Positions 12,983 to 29,479 of a DNA stretch of 64,000 nucleotides are shown here, one piece after another. A program made the position numbers and the translations under genes. The stretch's first letter is position 1. Every line of letters begins with the position of its first letter. Origin of the DNA: Eledone cirrhosa (taxonomy: Eukaryota); contig OZ024745.1 in assembly GCA_964016885.1 (NCBI GenBank), forward strand, positions 88,288,001-88,352,000, written 5' to 3'. The notes below the pieces were generated by a model. It had not been told where the DNA came from. It saw only the letters and a list, made by a program, of their open reading frames with translations, and made no database searches.

Positions 12983-14470
12983 AAGAAACAGGGCTGTGAA
13001 AAGACTTGAAAAGACCCCGCACTCTTTGGTCTTGTCCGTGGTTAGAAAGGTTCCCCCAGACAGAGGTCGGTCTGGTATTTGCAACCTCTGTCTTAGTTAG
13101 ACACTCGAGATACTTCATGGCGGAACTAAGCTTTTAAACAGAAGGGTCGACTTATTCGGCGCCTGCAGCCACCTTAGGACGGGAACTTTCCTCGAGCTAT
13201 ATCGATAAACCCCGGTTATGGCCTCCCACACAACGTCCTTCCCCCCTGTAGGTCCCCTACCCCCCGTACCAATGACCATTGGGCAACAACACCCACCCAT
13301 AGTTTGTGGTTCCCAGAGTGGATTGCCCACCGATCCTCTACTGGCTAGGAGTCAGCTAAACCACGTATTTTGAACCTGACGAACCCACACAGGAAGACCG
13401 ATTATCCTATACTCATGAATACGTGCCAGCACCCGTGCGTTGTGTATATATACTGGGATTAGTTGAATGTACGCACTTATGTGAACGCAACGAAATACTA
13501 ATACCCCAGGTTGCATTTGAAAAATGTTCGAGTATATACTTAAGAGTAGTATATTTGTGTATGCTCTCTTGTATGAATGCACATGTGTATATATACATAC
13601 ACACACATCCATAGGTATAAAGTGTGGGCGGGTGCGTGTACCTGTATATGTCCGTACTAAGGGATTCGCCTAAGCTCCAAAACCCCTAAGCTATTGCTGT
13701 GAAGATATATATCACACTCTACTTTTGGCTAGTCTAAACAATAACTTTTCCAAACACCCACTTTACTTTTCTTTAAAAATAACACCTACCTCGTTTTATG
13801 TCTGCCATATACCTGGATTTGGGGGTCTCTTTTGTATATATATACGCACCTGTGTGTACATACATACATATACACATCTGTATGGATTTGTATGTGTAGA
13901 TGTGTGTGTGTGTCTGTGGGAGTGGGTGCGAGTGTATGTACAAGTGAACCAACTTAAGTCTTTTTATATGTAAACTTTCTTTTTAGATGTAAACATTATA
14001 TTAATTCGACTCTATCCATAATTTTCAGTAGTACTACCCCATATAAATTCCTCAATTTAAGAATGACCTGTAGTATCGAATTTTCATACTATAAACCTCA
14101 ATTGAATATATATCTGACCAGGGATGCTTTTTGTGAAAATCAGTCAAATGGAACTATTGTCATCTTGCCTGACGGGTTGTACTTTACAACACCATCGACC
14201 TCTATGAGGTCGAATACCAATCCTACTAGCATCTGCAAACTGACCAATAAGAATTAAGATTATTCCTACTGACAGCATTAAATTATCCCTAAGAAGCTCA
14301 CATGTCCCAAGGCTCTGAAACCATCAACACCAAAAACACCGAGCTGGCATATCTAAGAACTGACTAACTGCCTGATGAGGTCATAGCCTTACAATGGCTA
14401 TCAACGAAATATATATAGCAGTAAATAAAGGAATATGAGTTCATGCAATTGACTTATGTTTCGTCAATAT
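12980..14470 (+). mobile_element. PLE 3' remnant (C-terminal endonuclease part, 3' region and hammerhead)
   Basis: Translates to CNLCLS*..LLNRRVDLFGACSH at 13080-13172. Hammerhead at 14367. Flanked by (TA)n. Confidence 0.65.
14367..14422 (+). ncRNA. Minimal type-I hammerhead ribozyme
   Basis: ACTGC-CTGATGA-GGTCATAGCC..GGCTATCAAC-GAAA-TATATA-TA-GCAGT. Confidence 0.85.
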
Positions 14471-14719
14471 ATATATATATATAATTGCAAATTAGTAAAA
14501 TCGAATCTCTGGCGGTTTGCAAGTAAATTCGGCCTACTTATATGAAATGATGAGTTAGCAAAGCACTCGATAAGATAGGGCCTTAGAGTAATAACATACG
14601 TTTAGATAGCTTGACAAATCGAACATTGTGGTAGGCAAATCTAACACACAGTATACACCAAAGTAACGATAGAACTAATCAGATTGAGAAAGAGAAGAAA
14701 AAAAAATATATATATACAC

Positions 14720-14789
<70 letters not shown>

Positions 14790-14856
14790 GGAGAGGGAGA
14801 GTGAGAAGGGCGGAGAATAATAAAGTAGATTGGAGAAGGCAATGGTCACATTATTT

Positions 14857-14918
<62 letters not shown>

Positions 14919-15547
14919 TATTATATATATATATATATATAATACTCACTAAGTCTTTTTCATATTCGAACTTTCTCAATCTCTTTGTCGATCTCTTATT
15001 TCTAAATACTCTGATGTCCATCTTTTACATTACCCATTTTCTCTCTCTGAATCAATAAATTGTCTTTGCTTACAAAATCAATTAGCTTTATATGATAGAC
15101 CAATGTTTTTTAGATTCACTCATAAACCTCTTCCGCTTTATTAATCATTAAATATTCTGTTATTTGCTACTTATTATATAGCGAAAAACCTATACTGATT
15201 ATTTCTATGTTATTGCAAGTGAAATTTATTCTGAAGTGGAGCTTTCTAATTCGTTAATGTATTTCGATGATTCTAATAGTTATAACATTGTAATCACACA
15301 TTATAAACCTTCTGTCACTCTTGCTATGTTTATATGTACTTATGTATATAGTCATTCGTATATTTATATTTATCTACATACCCTCACTCCTGTATAGGCA
15401 CACACATATATATATATATATTTATATGAAATAAAAGGTGAAATTGCATTGCGTTCACAGGTGGTATGCGAAGATGAGAACTCGATGCTATTGGGAAGTA
15501 GAGTATCAATAATAATAATAATAATAATAATGTATATATATATATAT

Positions 15548-18452
<2,905 letters not shown>

Positions 18453-18481
18453 ATAACTTGTGTGTTACACCTCTATTCTTT

Positions 18482-18643
<162 letters not shown>

Positions 18644-18644
18644 T

Positions 18645-21040
18645 ATTTACGTATCGAGTGATAGAATATAAACAGAGCGGATACACGTGGAAAAATTATA
18701 AAGGTGAACAAACCGTTAAAACAGATTTATTTAAAACACTATCTACGTACGTTTTTCGCGAAAAGGGCTTCTCAAGGGCATAATAAACTAACGACTGTTC
18801 CTTACGTGACCCAGAACGGGTTTTAAACATAAATTCACATCACAGTTCATTCCTCGTAACGCACATGTATTGTTTTTGCAGTAGAACAGGGGAGATAATT
18901 CTAGCCGGTGTTAGAGCAGTGTTCCCCAAGATATTTTTTACCCGTTACTACTTTGTGGGTACTACTTTACCATTGTCGATTCACGCCAGGTCTGTGATGC
19001 ATGGTTGGTTTCCAGATGTTTATTTGCAGCGCCTGCCCACCGGGTTGTTAAGGTTTGGTGCAGGGGGTCCCGGTTTATGGTTTGTATGCCTCATTTTTAT
19101 TCCATCTGCAGTAAGACATCTTTAAACGGTGCTTGCAGTTTATCACCGATTCTGCTCTGCTGTTGATGAGCTCAGGGGATGCCGTTATGATATGCTAAAG
19201 CTCCATGAAGCAAAACTGGCACTTGAAATTGTACGGTGCTGCTCTGCCGAAAATTTCCCAGTGTGTGGAGAAGCTGATGTTTGAGTCTTTTAATGCTGTG
19301 ATGTAATTGGTGAGCGAAGTGGAGTGTCTTAGTTTTTTGTTTGTGAAAGAGTAGAGATATGTTCGAAATCTATTTTTGAACAGGCCAGAAGTACCCCCTA
19401 TATAATGCTTAACGCTAGTATGGCTAGTTATGGTGCACCTGTAAATAACCTTATCAGTCAGGCAATTTCCCCTAAGGGGACAGCGTCCCCTGTCGCGACA
19501 ATTGCATTTTCGGTCGCAGTCACTTCTAGTTCCCGAAGTAAAGCTATTATTATTGCTATCCATGTTGTTACCTACGCCTCTATCCCTGTCGTTAGTACTA
19601 TTATATCCCACAGCGTGCGGAGTAGTACCATTGTCACTCCGCACGCCCCAGCGCCTTCTGTAGTCGTCGGGTGACCTGTAAGGGTCACCATCATATTCCC
19701 CAGTCATATGGCGGTTATGTTGGTTGCGTCTGCTGTGGCTGTTGCCACCACTGTTGGGTGCTGCTAGGGAGACGTTAAGGCCATTATGGTGGTTGTCAGG
19801 TCTAGGTGTATCGGTGCTAAGGTGCTGTGATTTTGGTGATCTTACTGTGATTAGTTGTTCCTATGACGTCTGCTAGGTTAGCAGTAGTAGAGAAGGATAT
19901 TTTAATATTGTTCCTATTGAGGATTTTCCTATATTTATGGTTGGGTGGGAAGTTCTTCTCTAAGGCTTCGAAGAATATCCGGGGTACGTCGGAGGCCAAA
20001 CTCGGAGAGTAGGGAGGATGGAATCATAGGACATTACGGTGGCGGTTCCATGTATTTGTAGATTTGCTATGGGTTGTGCTTGATAGGTGACCGTTCTTAT
20101 GTATGTTATTGTGTTGTAGCCAATTATGTGTCCCTTTCGCTTTATGCTCGGTTGCACTCAGCTTCCTTCTGCTGCGTTTATGTGTAGTTAGACGCTGGCT
20201 GGAAGGCGTTGGTAGTAGGCCATCGCCATTGCTGATCTTATAGTAGCGGAATAATTCTAGTAGGCTACAGACCTCACCGTCACCAGTGTCGTGATCCTTA
20301 TTGTGCGGTAGGTTTTCTACACCACCACTCGTGTAATTAACGTCGCGGCCGTGTTCCTGAGTGAGATTCTCTATACTATAGTTCCTGTCTCTGTCTAAGC
20401 CGCTGCGTACTGGGTTATATGTATGGCTTACTATAACATTACATCACATCATTAAAAGACTCAACCATAGCTTCTCCACACACAGGGAAATTGTCGGCAG
20501 AGCAGCACCGAACAATTTCAAGAGGAAGGTAGAGCTTTGCCTCATGGAGCTTTACTATATCATAACGACACGCCCTGAGCTCATCAACAGCAGAGCAGAA
20601 TCGGTGATAAACTGCAAGCACCGAATAAATATGTCTTACTTCAGATGGAATAAGAATGGGGCATGAAAACCATAAACCGGATCACCCTGCACCACACCTT
20701 AACACCCCGGTGGGCAGGCGCTGCAAATAAACATCTGGAAACCAACCATGCATCCCAGACCCGACGTGATTCGACAATGGTAAAGCAGTACCCACAAAGT
20801 AGTAACGGGTAACAAATAGCTTGGGGAACACTGCTCTAACACCGGCTAGAGTTATCTCCCCTGTTCTACTGCAAAATCAATACATGTGCTTTACGAAGAA
20901 TGAACTGTGATGTGAAATTATGTTCTGGGTCACGTAAGGAACACTCTTTAGTTTTTCATGCCCTTGAGAAGCTCTTTTCGGGCGAAACGTACGTAGGTGC
21001 TGTTTTAACGGTTTGTTCTCCTTTATAATTTTTTCACGTA
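18645..21040 (-). mobile_element. PLE remnant (Naiad-like) with ~500-bp inverted pseudo-LTRs
   Basis: FPPNHKYRKILNRNNIKISFS and CNCRDRGRCPLRGNC..VIYRC..YIGGT. ~18680-19190 is the reverse complement of ~20560-21040. Confidence 0.85.
20960..21000 (+). ncRNA. Variant hammerhead with U3-A8 core
   Basis: CC-TTGAGAA-GCTC-TTTTC-GGGC-GAAA-CGTACG-TA-GG. Stem I is weak. Confidence 0.5.
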
Positions 21041-21054
21041 TATATATATATATA

Positions 21055-21950
21055 TAAAATCAAGGTTTAGCAATATATAAAATACTTTTATATATATATA
21101 AACTCAAGGTTTAGCAAATAAAGAAAAAGTTTTAAAATAAATGTTAAAAGGTTCGCTGTACTTACTATATGTACCCTTATCGCGCAGTTTCAAAGGCGGA
21201 CCACCATTGAGAAGGGGATTCTCGTCAGAAGGTTCTTCTCGCTCGGAGAATATAAAATTCCCGAGTTCAAATCACAAACTGGCGCCAGACAAAACTGTTC
21301 CCGAGTGAGAGCGAATGAGGAAAGAACCAATTTCGTCTAATGCCGTGTGTAAAGACAGTAGGCGGGGATGCAGCGGTCAATGTTCTGCAACTAGAAGTAG
21401 CAGCAGTTCAAACGACCAAAATGTTATCTCAACCTTAGGGGTAATTAATAATAATAAATTATGTGTTCCTAGGTATAAAAAATACTTATAGGTTCTGGCT
21501 CGTTAATAAATTAACGAGCCAGAACCTATAAAATCAAGGTTTAGCAAATAGAGAAAAAGTGTTGAAATAAATTTTAAAAGGTTCGCTGTACTTACTATAT
21601 GTACCCTTACCGCGCGGTTTCAAATCCCAAAATAAATGGATAATACAGGCGGACCACCATTGAGAAGGGGATTCTCGTTAGAAGGTTCTTCTTGCTCGGA
21701 GAATATAAAATTCCTGAGTTCAAATCACAAACTGGCGCCATACAAAACTGTTCCTGGATGAGAGAGAGAAGAACCTTCTGACGAGAATTCCCTTCTCAAT
21801 GGTGGTCCGCTTGGATTATCCATTTATTTTGGGATTTGAAACCGCGCGGTAAGGGTACATATAGTAAGTACAGCGAACTTTTAAAAATTTATTTAAAAAC
21901 TTTTTCTCTATTTGCTAAACCTTGATTTTATATGTTCTGGCTCCTTATTT
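21055..21950. mobile_element. Cluster of pseudo-LTR-like repeats (two direct, one inverted) carrying a hammerhead
   Basis: ~21100-21305 and 21530-21755 are direct repeats. 21765-21950 is inverted. Confidence 0.75.
21773..21856 (+). ncRNA. Type-I hammerhead ribozyme with a long loop II
   Basis: ACCTT-CTGACGA-GAATTCCC..GGGATTT-GAAA-CCGCGCGG-TA-AGGGT. Confidence 0.8.
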
Positions 21951-22043
21951 ATTAACCTACCATAGAACCACATTGACATACGCTTGGATAATACTTGTGT
22001 CCCTATATGTATTTTTTATACGTAGGAAGACATACTTTATTAT

Positions 22044-22136
<93 letters not shown>

Positions 22137-22994
22137 ATATATATATATATATATACATATATATACATATGTGTACGTATGTATATGTGTTGACGCTATA
22201 TTACATCATTTAAAAGAAATGTGGCGTCTAGGTGTATGGTGCAGCGTTTATTCCTAAATTTACTTAAACTGACATTTTCATCAGTACTTGAATCTCACTC
22301 TCAATCTAGCAAGAAACTCGAGTGGTGATTAAAACACCCGCTATACAAATAAATAAATAAATAAATATATATATATATATATATATACATACATACAGTA
22401 TATATATATAGATATATACATTCATACAACATATATATACAGATACAATTACATATATATACAAAGCGTTTGCAAACAACACAAGGCGCGTACACATATC
22501 ATACACACTACATATATATCTATATATAAACAGAAAAAGAGAGAATAAAATCCAAAATGCACCCAGTTATACGGTTTATAATAATATTAAATATCAATTA
22601 CCACCTATCATCAACAGTTTATCAACTTTACCAGTTTTTCGCTTGTCTTTGTTCACTATACAAGGAATCCCAAAATCTGCCGCTATTCCCAGCGAGACAG
22701 ATTATGTTTGCAACGCGATTGTCCTTTTACCCATCTTCCGGGTACCCGTCGCACAAATAAAAATAAAAATAAAAATCCTAACCAACTACAAAACCCACAA
22801 CTACAGCCACTTACAGTTCCTTAAACAGGAAATCTCTTTTTAGCCATAATGAATCTGGCAAAAGAACTACAAAACAAATTCTAGCTATCACCCAACACAA
22901 CCCTCCACTGTCACCCCACTGCACAAACTCCCATTGTTGAAACTCCCAAACCACCCCTAAAAAAATACAATTAAAATCAACCACCACTCTAGCC

Positions 22995-23410
22995 ACAACA
23001 CTTTTGTTTAATGCTCAAGGCATCAGCCCTTCCAACATTACGCAAAAATGGAGGATCAAATTTCTTGCGGATTGGGTTGATGACCATCCTAACCACACCC
23101 CTTTCTTTTTCCTCACTGAAACCTATCTCAATCCCCTCCACTTGGAAGCCGAGAGGAAAGTGAATAATTTCAAAGTTATTCGTACAGATCGCACTGGCAG
23201 AAGAAAGGGCGGGACTGTCATTTTTGTACACGATTTTTGTACGTGATTCTTTTTCAACAGAGGCTAAGAACATATTTTCCAATGGATACTGTGAAGTAGT
23301 CACTGTGTACAGTAAAACCAACAACTTAATTGTAGTTGGGCTCTATAGGCCACCCAAACACCTCTACCATGCTTCAAGGAATGCCTTCAACAACATAAAG
23401 TGTTTCGTTG
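22995..23410 (+). pseudogene. AP-endonuclease fragment of a LINE
   Basis: FNAQG, FLTETYL, IRTDR..RKGGTVIFV, VVGLYRPP. Confidence 0.75.
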
Positions 23411-24127
23411 ATTTTTGGTTGACGATCATCCTTTCCATAAATCATTCCTAATTACTCTGTTGTGATTTTTCCCGAAACCTCAGCATGTTAAAACATTGTT
23501 AAGATTACCAACTGAAAATAAGAAACTATTTTACGGTTTAAACATTTTTTCATCTTGGAATCTGAATATGGTGCCTATCAGGCCTTACAACATTTTTATT
23601 CGTGGATTGCGAATCTGTTCTGAATTTGTGCATTTTGAGTCTTTTTTTTTTTCAATTGGTTTGACTTTCCTTTGATTTTTGATTCTTCAAGAGCGTTTTC
23701 ATTTTTCTCATTATACAAAATGACTACATTCCCATCAATACGATTAGAAATTTAAATATTCCTCGGATTGCACGAAAGTGTGTTTGCTTTCTTCCTTACC
23801 TTTTACTATGATACTTGAATATTTATTCTTGTCGGTTTTTCTCCTTCATTTTTCACCGAACCGGAGAAACACATTTAGTTGATTCTGACTCTTATAAATC
23901 TACCAGCCTTTTGTCTCGTATAAATTCTGCATATACGTTTCGCCAAAGTAAATAAAATATGTGTTCATGTACATTCATGGTGACAAGATGGATACAAAAA
24001 GTATTGCTTTGAATCTACCGTCATATACTATGACAGTATCGTACATTTCAAATATTAAAATATTCTGTACAAAAACGAATTTCCTCAAACCAAATCCCTG
24101 TCTTGATGTAATAAATATCCACATGTG

Positions 24128-24178
<51 letters not shown>

Positions 24179-24189
24179 TATAAATATAT

Positions 24190-24540
24190 TTACACAATAT
24201 ATTAATAAATGAAAACTATATTTATAAAACCATATTTATTTTATTATATATATTTCAAGGGCAACCAAGGCGAATTATGGTGCGCTTTCATCACATAAAA
24301 TACAGATTTGTTTCATAAATAAATATTGACATACCCGGAAAAAAAGACAACCTTAACGGTTGGAGCTTCCGTTTAGGTTGTCTTTTTTTCCGGGTATGTC
24401 AATATTTATTTATAAAACAAATCTGTATTTTATGTGATGAAAGCGCACCATAAATCGCCTTGATTGCCCTTGAAATATATATAATAAAATAAATATGGGT
24501 TTATAAATATAGTTTCCATTTGTTAATATATTGTGTATTT
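24190..24540. repeat. ~350-bp foldback with a degenerate hammerhead in each arm
   Basis: Arms are mirrored around ~24363. Right arm reads TATTTTAT-GTGATGA-AAGCGCA..TGCCCTT-GAAA-TATATA-TA-ATAAAATA (24426-24491). Confidence 0.85.
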
Positions 24541-24644
24541 ACTCCACTTATTTGTTGAGTACTTTATATCAGTTATAAACATGTTTAAGTTTGTTGAATC
24601 CCAACAAATTAAATATAACCTCTGCATATATATATGTATCTATA

Positions 24645-24975
24645 TGGAAAAGAATGAAACGAAATTTCATTTTTCACTCTCAGTACGGCTGATACTTAAA
24701 TGTAAGTATGTATGTATACGTACATACATATAGGTATACAGACGTACAGTAGTATGTATATATATACATACTTGCTCATATATATATACGTATGGGTTTA
24801 CCGAACATGTATTATAATGTTCGGTTTCTTTGTTTGTAAACAAAGAAACAGCCCGAATTACGCAGTACAGTGTTCAGGCAACCATCGTCGCCCTTTTGTT
24901 CAACACTGACACAGGAACGATGTACTAGTTTCAAGCTTATTAGCTATCGTCAGTATAGTATACCTTTCTGCCAGA
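24645..24975 (-). mobile_element. Copy of the retrozyme-like family with its hammerhead (24916-24960)
   Basis: Minus strand reads CTGACGA-TAGCTAATAAGCTT-GAAA-CTAG-TA-CATCGTT. Homologous to 48736-49035. Confidence 0.75.
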
Positions 24976-25200
24976 TTAGTTTTATATATATATTCATTTA
25001 GGTGGTTGGTTCGTCACTGGATAGAACTGGTCATTCCGTAACTCAACCGTGATCTATAATTTGGAAAGCACTCGACGTGACGCAACTCACCCATCTTCGT
25101 TTATGTTGCATCTTGTTTGTGGTGCGAGAACGGAGTTAATTATTATTGAGTAAAATGACAGGAAGCTGGACTGGTGAAATTCCTTAAAGATTTATTATAA

Positions 25201-25258
25201 ACACTATGCACATTTCAATGACCCGGTTATGCAGGAACCCGGTGACATCATCAGGTCT
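25201..25258 (-). ncRNA. Minimal type-I hammerhead ribozyme
   Basis: Minus strand reads AGAC-CTGATGA-TGTCACCGG..CCGGGTCATT-GAAA-TGTGCA-TA-GTGT. Confidence 0.65.
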
Positions 25259-25408
25259 GACGAAATTTATCCAATAAAGGAATATAATAATGGTAGACAG
25301 AATCCAAGGGACTAAAAAGTAGAGAGAAATGTGTAAGACATGGAGACGGCCAGAGCCAGCAGTTATCAGTCTGGATGACCGGCTTGAAGGGCTCATCCGG
25401 ACTGGCAA

Positions 25409-25542
<134 letters not shown>

Positions 25543-26364
25543 TATATATATATTTAATATAGAAATGGCTTCTACAGGACAAGAACTCTCTCATTCGGAG
25601 GAAATCATCCGGAAAGCTGACTGTCAATGTAACATGGAGGTATTTATCTGATGAGTGTTTTTAAGTATTGTTTCCTTGGGGGAATCGGATTATTCTTCAT
25701 GGAGATATTGATATCAAATTTAGTCAGCATGGTTTCTTCCTGATGGTTAAGAGGCACAGTGAAGTGCTAAAAGATATGTTTATCCCGGGTTCAATCGAGT
25801 TAACCGCAGTAAGTAAGGTACTCAATACATACCAGAATATGAATATTTAATATAGAAATGGCTTCTACAGGACTAGAACTGGTTCATTCGAAGGAAATCA
25901 TCAGGTAACATACCAGCTACGGAATTGCGAAGTAATCGCAAGATCAACAGCAAAATATAATTGCTAGAATTCTCTTCAATCCTACTAATCCATTAAAAAC
26001 ATATAGGAAAAGAATACTGGATTACGTAATCCAGGAATTACTATTCCTGATTACATGACATGCTGTTCAGGAACAGATCACATTTGATTAATGATCTCCG
26101 CAAACAGTGCTGACGTGGAGTTAAGCAATGACAAAAAGAATTTAAGGATTGCATCAACAAGCTACAAGTCGATATTTATAAACGAAATGAATACTAATCA
26201 AACGTAACTGGCAAGTATTTCTGTCACAAATAATAACACCAACAAACAGAAATATTCCGATTCTGCTACAAGTGCAAAAACAACATTTATAATAACCTCG
26301 TGGCTATGTCTATAACAAACACTAAACATAAAGAACGCTAAACGCATACATTTTCTTTTAAATA

Positions 26365-26549
26365 CAGTTATCCCAAGGTATTATAGAGCACCCGTGAAGA
26401 GTGAAAACCGCGAATATTGGACGTGGTTCATAAAAATGCCTATAAAGGTCAAAATATAACGTAAAGTATAATACAAAAAGAGGGAGCGTCTTATGCTTCT
26501 AAGTAAAATTCCGCGAATAACCGGTACCGCAAATACCGGGGGTACACTG
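26365..26549. mobile_element. Tc1/pogo-type MITE
   Basis: TA-CAGTTATCCCAAGGTATT ... AATACCGGGGGTACACTG-TA: imperfect TIRs and a TA target duplication. Confidence 0.6.
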
Positions 26550-26776
26550 TATATCAAAAGAAATCCTTAGACTTTTATATGTTTTTTCTTATTTAAACAA
26601 TTGTGATGTAGATGAAAGCTGGATAGAAGGGGGTTTACAATTTTGATTAGAATGACGATGGTAGTATGTTTTGACAATACTTAAACACAGATGTTTTTCG
26701 TCTCCATTTTTGTCTACCTCCCTTTCATTTTTTCTCTCAGTATATATATATATATATACATATATGTATATATATA

Positions 26777-26822
<46 letters not shown>

Positions 26823-26847
26823 TATATATACATATATATATATATAT

Positions 26848-26929
<82 letters not shown>

Positions 26930-27073
26930 ATACTTTGGGAGAGTCATGTTGCCAATAAGAAACACACGCACCATGCTTTCACTTCAATTTATTATAATAA
27001 ATTTATAAATTTAGGAATTTATAATTTTCCGGTTGGTTGATTGGTTCCACAACCAGATGGTTGTTTAAATATT

Positions 27074-27116
27074 GTCAAAGTTCTTTCGTCACACATTCTG
27101 TGACCTCTTCAGTGAC
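27074..27116 (-). ncRNA. Minimal hammerhead in the inverted pseudo-LTR
   Basis: Minus strand reads GTCA-CTGAAGA-GGTCACA-GAATG-TGTGAC-GAAA-GAAC-TT-TGAC. Confidence 0.7.
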
Positions 27117-29134
27117 TGGAGATTCTTTTCTTGGTTTTTGTGCCTCTCCTTTCTTCTGCCCTACGCCATCTTGTTTCTGTGTGTGTGTTGTGTGCTCAGT
27201 CTGCGCATGCGCCACGGAGGAACTCCTCAGCAGAATCGGCGAGAGTAACCGATCTATGGACATAACAGACTGCATAATAGGTAGTATGGATGTTGTGTCA
27301 CTGTATCCATCTATTGACGTGGATTTTGCTGTGGAGAAATGCGTAGAAATGATCAGTGAGAGCAATGTTGAGTTCCGTGGGATTGATACCAGTGAGCTGG
27401 GACTCCTACTTAAACTTACCTATAGTAATAATTATCTAGACACATATGACCTTAGCAAACTGTGCCCGACAAGACCAGCAAGAGGCAGACCACCTACCAT
27501 TACCTCAATGGCCAAGAAAACCCACACAGATAGATGGAACGGGTGGAGCAGAGCCATACGGACCCGCGAAAACCGCGATGAACTCAAGAAAATGATTGCA
27601 CATGCGGTGGGGCCAGCATAAAATTAACCCTTAAGGAACATATGTTCAAATTTAATGGAAAAACATATGCCCAAGAGGAGGGAGCAGCCATTGGTGTTAG
27701 CATTGCATGCGACATAGCTAACTTATTCATGGTATGGTGGGACAGTAGACTTAAACTTAAACTTAAAGAACAATTAGAAGACCCCTTAACCTTGATAATG
27801 TACTCCCGCTACGTTGATGATATAAACATCGTAGTTAAAACACCTCCACTAGAGAACAGTCAGGAATTAGAGAAAAACACAATGGAAAGCATCCAGCAAA
27901 TAGCTAACTCCGTCCACGAGAGTATTAGAGTTACTATAGACTACCCAAGCAAACACCCCAACCATCGATTACCTGTACTAGACACACATCTCGGGTTAGA
28001 TACCATTAATAACAAAAAATAAATCCTCCATTCCCATTATGCCAAACCCATGACTTCCAAATATCTGATCCACCGAAACTCAGCTGTTTCGGACCATACC
28101 AAAATCAACTTACTGATTGCGGATTTGGTACGGGTGATGAGAAACGTGTCCCGCATGTGCAACCCCAAAGAACTAGAGAGCCACATACAACACTTCATCC
28201 ACCGTATGCAGTTCTCTGGTTACAATCAGAGATATAAAATCAGAGTGTATAGAGCAGCCAGAACTAAATGGGAAAAAATGGTAAATAATGACACAAATGG
28301 GACCTGCCCTTTGCATAGGAGCAAATTTTGGAATAGAATAGAAAGAACCAGGAATAAGGTTAATAGAATAAACTCATGGTATGATAGCAATAAATGCCAG
28401 AGTGTAATGTTCATCGATACAACCCCTAGAGGTGAATTAGCTTACAAATTTAGAAGGGCACTAGATAAACATAAACTCAATATTAAGATAGTAGAAAGAC
28501 CAGGTACCTCCATAAAAACACTTTTTAGCAAGACATACCCTTTTCAAAGACCCCCCCTGTATAGATAAGACATGTATCACCTGTAAATTAAGCCCCCATA
28601 TTAACTGTAAAACTAGAAATGTAGTATATAGCATAAGATGTACTGAAGGACAATGTAGAGATAAAAATATAGTTACATAGGTGAGACACTGTAGGGGAAC
28701 GGATAAAAGAACACTGGCGAGACCTTCAAGATAGTAAAGAATCATCTGTACTCTACCAACATGCTAAAATAGAACATAAGGGTAAATTAGAGAACATAGA
28801 AATAAAAATAGAATCTACACACAGAAAAGACGCAATGTTTAGACAAATCACAGAGGCAATAAACATAAAAGAATTACAACCAAAATTAAATAGAAAACAT
28901 GAGTGGAACAGCAACGTCACAACTTACAATGAAGTACAAAATGAAAACACACACGCACATAGAACAAACAACCAACCAGTAACATGTAAATAAACAAATA
29001 AATAAACGAATATAAACACACACATACACCCGGATGTGGCGCATGCGCAGACTGAGCACACAACACACACAGAGAAACAAGATGGCGTAGGACAGAACAA
29101 AGGAGAGGCACAAAAACAAAGAAAAGAATCCCCA

Positions 29135-29177
29135 ATCACTGAAGAAGTCACAGAATGTGTGACGAAAGGACTTTGAC
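29135..29177 (+). ncRNA. Minimal hammerhead in the 3' pseudo-LTR
   Basis: TCA-CTGAAGA-AGTCACA-GAATG-TGTGAC-GAAA-GGAC-TT-TGA. Confidence 0.65.
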
Positions 29178-29383
29178 AATATATAAACAACCATCTGGTT
29201 GTGGAACCAACCAACCGACCGGAAATTTATAAATTCTTAAATTTATAAATTTATTATAATAAATTGAAATGAAACAGTGGTGCGTGTGTTTCTTATTGGC
29301 AACATGACCCTCCCAAAGTATAACAATATCGGTTTCAACGCACGGTTTCAGATAAAGAATCTTGCTAAACAAATTCAGAAACG

Positions 29384-29477
<94 letters not shown>

Positions 29478-29479
29478 AT

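Larger units (their letters stand above)
26923..29328 (+). mobile_element. Penelope-like element, 5'-truncated, with ~290-bp inverted pseudo-LTRs
   Basis: 26923-27214 is the reverse complement of 29036-29328. RT motifs SMDVVSLYPSI, GAAIG..DIANLFM, RYVDD, PVLD. GIY-YIG remnant NVVYSIRC..YIGET near 28620-28690. Confidence 0.9.
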
